A DNA stretch of 56,983 nucleotides, from positions 1-56,983 of the forward strand of contig WTCA01000030.1 of NCBI GenBank assembly GCA_013138805.1. The letters are read 5' to 3'. Positions within the stretch are counted from its first letter, which is position 1. The DNA is not shown here. The text below holds more notes on this DNA, generated by a model. The model was not told the DNA's origin and did not search any database. It saw nothing but the letters and a program-made list of their open reading frames with translations. The stretch is from an archaeon (GTDB lineage: Archaea; EX4484-52; GLR71).

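Overview
AT-rich archaeal fragment, probably from a DPANN-like small-genome lineage. Evidence for archaeal origin: TATA-box promoters about 25-35 nt upstream of starts, oligo-T terminators, a PIN-ATPase-KH (COG1855-type) gene, and two tRNAs that each carry an intron in the T-loop. Positions 1-9,100 are ordinary housekeeping: cimA, tRNA-Gly, a DUF4258/DUF2283 toxin-antitoxin pair, tsaC, a small wHTH regulator, pyrI-pyrB, tRNA-Arg, two PC4-like paralogs, a J-domain protein, the PIN-ATPase-KH protein and one hypothetical. From 9,234 to the right edge (about 47.7 kb) almost everything is on the minus strand and encodes Sec-signal or membrane-anchored, sequon-rich, Cys-containing beta-sandwich proteins with tightly packed or overlapping genes. 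The dominant gene is one uninterrupted frame from the window edge (56,983) to a TGA at 28,208. It encodes at least 9,591 aa and its N-terminus lies outside the window. It contains about 20 tandem copies of a ~330-aa three-domain module (period ~990 nt), then DUF11/CARDB/NEW3-like domains, one transmembrane helix, and a ~375-aa cytoplasmic HerA/DUF87-type (FtsK-HerA superfamily) P-loop ATPase. Directly downstream are a 763-767-aa signal-less coiled-coil/disordered protein and a 1,964-aa type-I surface protein. These two share a recurring SHOCT-like motif on their cytoplasmic parts. I read the cluster as a candidate undescribed ATPase-coupled giant cell-surface (attachment or translocation) apparatus. 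The function is inference only. No CRISPR array, transposase, integrase or rRNA was seen.
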